Below, one piece after another: positions 62,790-64,000 of a stretch of 64,000 nt of DNA (the first letter of the stretch is position 1; each line of letters opens with the position of its first letter). The notes under the pieces were generated by a model. That model was not told where the DNA came from and made no database searches. It worked only from the letters and a program-made list of their open reading frames with translations. Origin of the DNA: Mobula hypostoma (lineage: Eukaryota). Location of the stretch: NCBI RefSeq assembly GCF_963921235.1, contig NC_086108.1, positions 73,410,001 to 73,474,000 on the forward strand, written 5' to 3'. The translations under genes and the position numbers were made by a program.

Positions 62790-63830
62790 ATGAACAATGG
62801 ATATTTAAGTTTGCCGACGACTCCACTGTCATTGGCAGAATCAAAGGTGGTGATAACTCATTATATAGGAGGGAGATTGAAAATCTAGCTGAATGGTGCC
62901 ACAGCAACAAGCTCTCACCCAATGTCAGCAAAATCTAAGAGCTGATTATTGATGACAGGAGGAAGAAGTTGGGTGTCTATGAGCCAGTCCTCATTAGGGG
63001 ATATAAGGGAATTGGAGGTGGAGAGAGTCAATGATTTAAATTCCTTAGTGTTATCATAACAGAGGATCTGTCCTGGGTCCAACATGTAAATGCTATCACA
63101 AAGAAGACACAACAGTACCTCTACTTTCTTAGAAGCTGGCACAGACTCATCTAAAAATTTAGCCAATCTCTATAGGTGCACAATGGAGAGTATCCAGACT
63201 GGTTGCATCATGCCCTGGTATGGAAACACCAATGCCAGGAATGGAAAATCTACAAAATATGGTGGATACAACCCAGTCCTTGGGATGCATGGTGTCCCCA
63301 AGGAGGGATAGCACCTTTGGTGAAAGGGCTTGACATGTGAGCTGCTTACTCACCCTTGCTCCCCACAAGACAACTAACTCTCATCTGCGGCTCCAAGTAG
63401 TGATTTGCATGTAACAGCGGCCACACCCCTGTACACCGCTTTGACAGGCAGGCTCAACCAGGTGAGGGTAGCCAACAGCCTCATACCCCGGTGAGATAGG
63501 GACCTGCCTGTCATAACATGTGAAGTCAGCTTTGGCGGGCTGGGTGGATGAGATCTACAGTGAGATCCCAGGGCCAGGAAGGCAGTACTGCAATGCTCTG
63601 TGGAGAGCCAAGGGCAGGACAAGGCTCAGAAGATATCATAGTTATTCACTGCAAACAAGAAAGATCCCAGTTTGTGACACTTGTTCGTACCACTGGACCT
63701 GCACCTGAGGTCAAGAGAGTGGAACTGCCCCAGTGCAATGGCTTTTCTGCTTCAAAAACTCCCCCACACAAGCTTTCCCATCATCATTGGACATGATGGA
63801 CAACCAGCAGAACCAGTCCATCACAGGCAA
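62790..63830 (+). mobile_element. Rex1/Babar LINE fragment, interrupted at 63280-63812
   Basis: tttaagtttgccgacgactccact (KFADD), WCHSN, FKFL, LYRCTMESIQTGCIMPWYGN. Confidence 0.85.
63280..63812 (+). mobile_element. Non-coding insertion, probably an RTE-derived non-autonomous element
   Basis: Splits the Rex sequence with duplication CCAGTCC (63273-63279, 63813-63819); head caccttt-ggtgaaagggcttg resembles RTE 5' UTR motifs from memory. Confidence 0.55.
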
Positions 63831-64000
63831 CATGAGATAACGAGATAAAGAGTCTTAAAGTGAGATCATTGGTTGTGGGAACATTTCAATGATGAGGCAA
63901 GTAATTGTAATTACTTCCTTTTATTCAAGAGCCTGATGGTTGAGGGGTAGAAACTGTTCTTGAGCCTGCTGGTGAAAATCCTGTGGCTCTTGGACCTTCT
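63831..64000 (-). mobile_element. Rex1/Babar 3' region in inverted orientation, runs off window end
   Basis: Collinear with 38675-38845 (ttattcaagagcctgat..ggggtag.aactgttcttga). Confidence 0.8.

Overview
Eukaryotic, repeat-saturated vertebrate genomic DNA. It is most likely from a cartilaginous fish (ray or shark), inferred from HE1/V-SINE-like SINEs and the CR1/Rex1/Penelope repertoire. I could not support any host protein-coding exon, RNA gene or CRISPR array, so the window looks intronic or intergenic. Well over half of it is recognisable transposable-element sequence: CR1 LINEs of several ages, Rex1/Babar LINEs, an RTE LINE, Penelope-like elements, hAT (Buster/Charlie) and Tigger DNA transposons, a deleted Gypsy element and two large solo-LTR-like elements, often nested. 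Highlights: (1) a young CR1 (52341-55996) has an esterase ORF1 ending in the slippery heptamer T_TTA_AAC, which puts an AUG-less 999-codon ORF2 in the -1 frame; the motif recurs in two older CR1 lineages here, suggesting programmed -1 ribosomal frameshifting. (2) A young Penelope element carries an intact minimal hammerhead ribozyme that appears to fold only as a dimer. (3) A Tigger element carries a segment closely resembling mammalian MER2. (4) There are several unclassified non-autonomous elements and an orphan 205-bp insert. Family names come from motif recognition and memory, not database searches. Boundaries of old elements are approximate to tens of bp.
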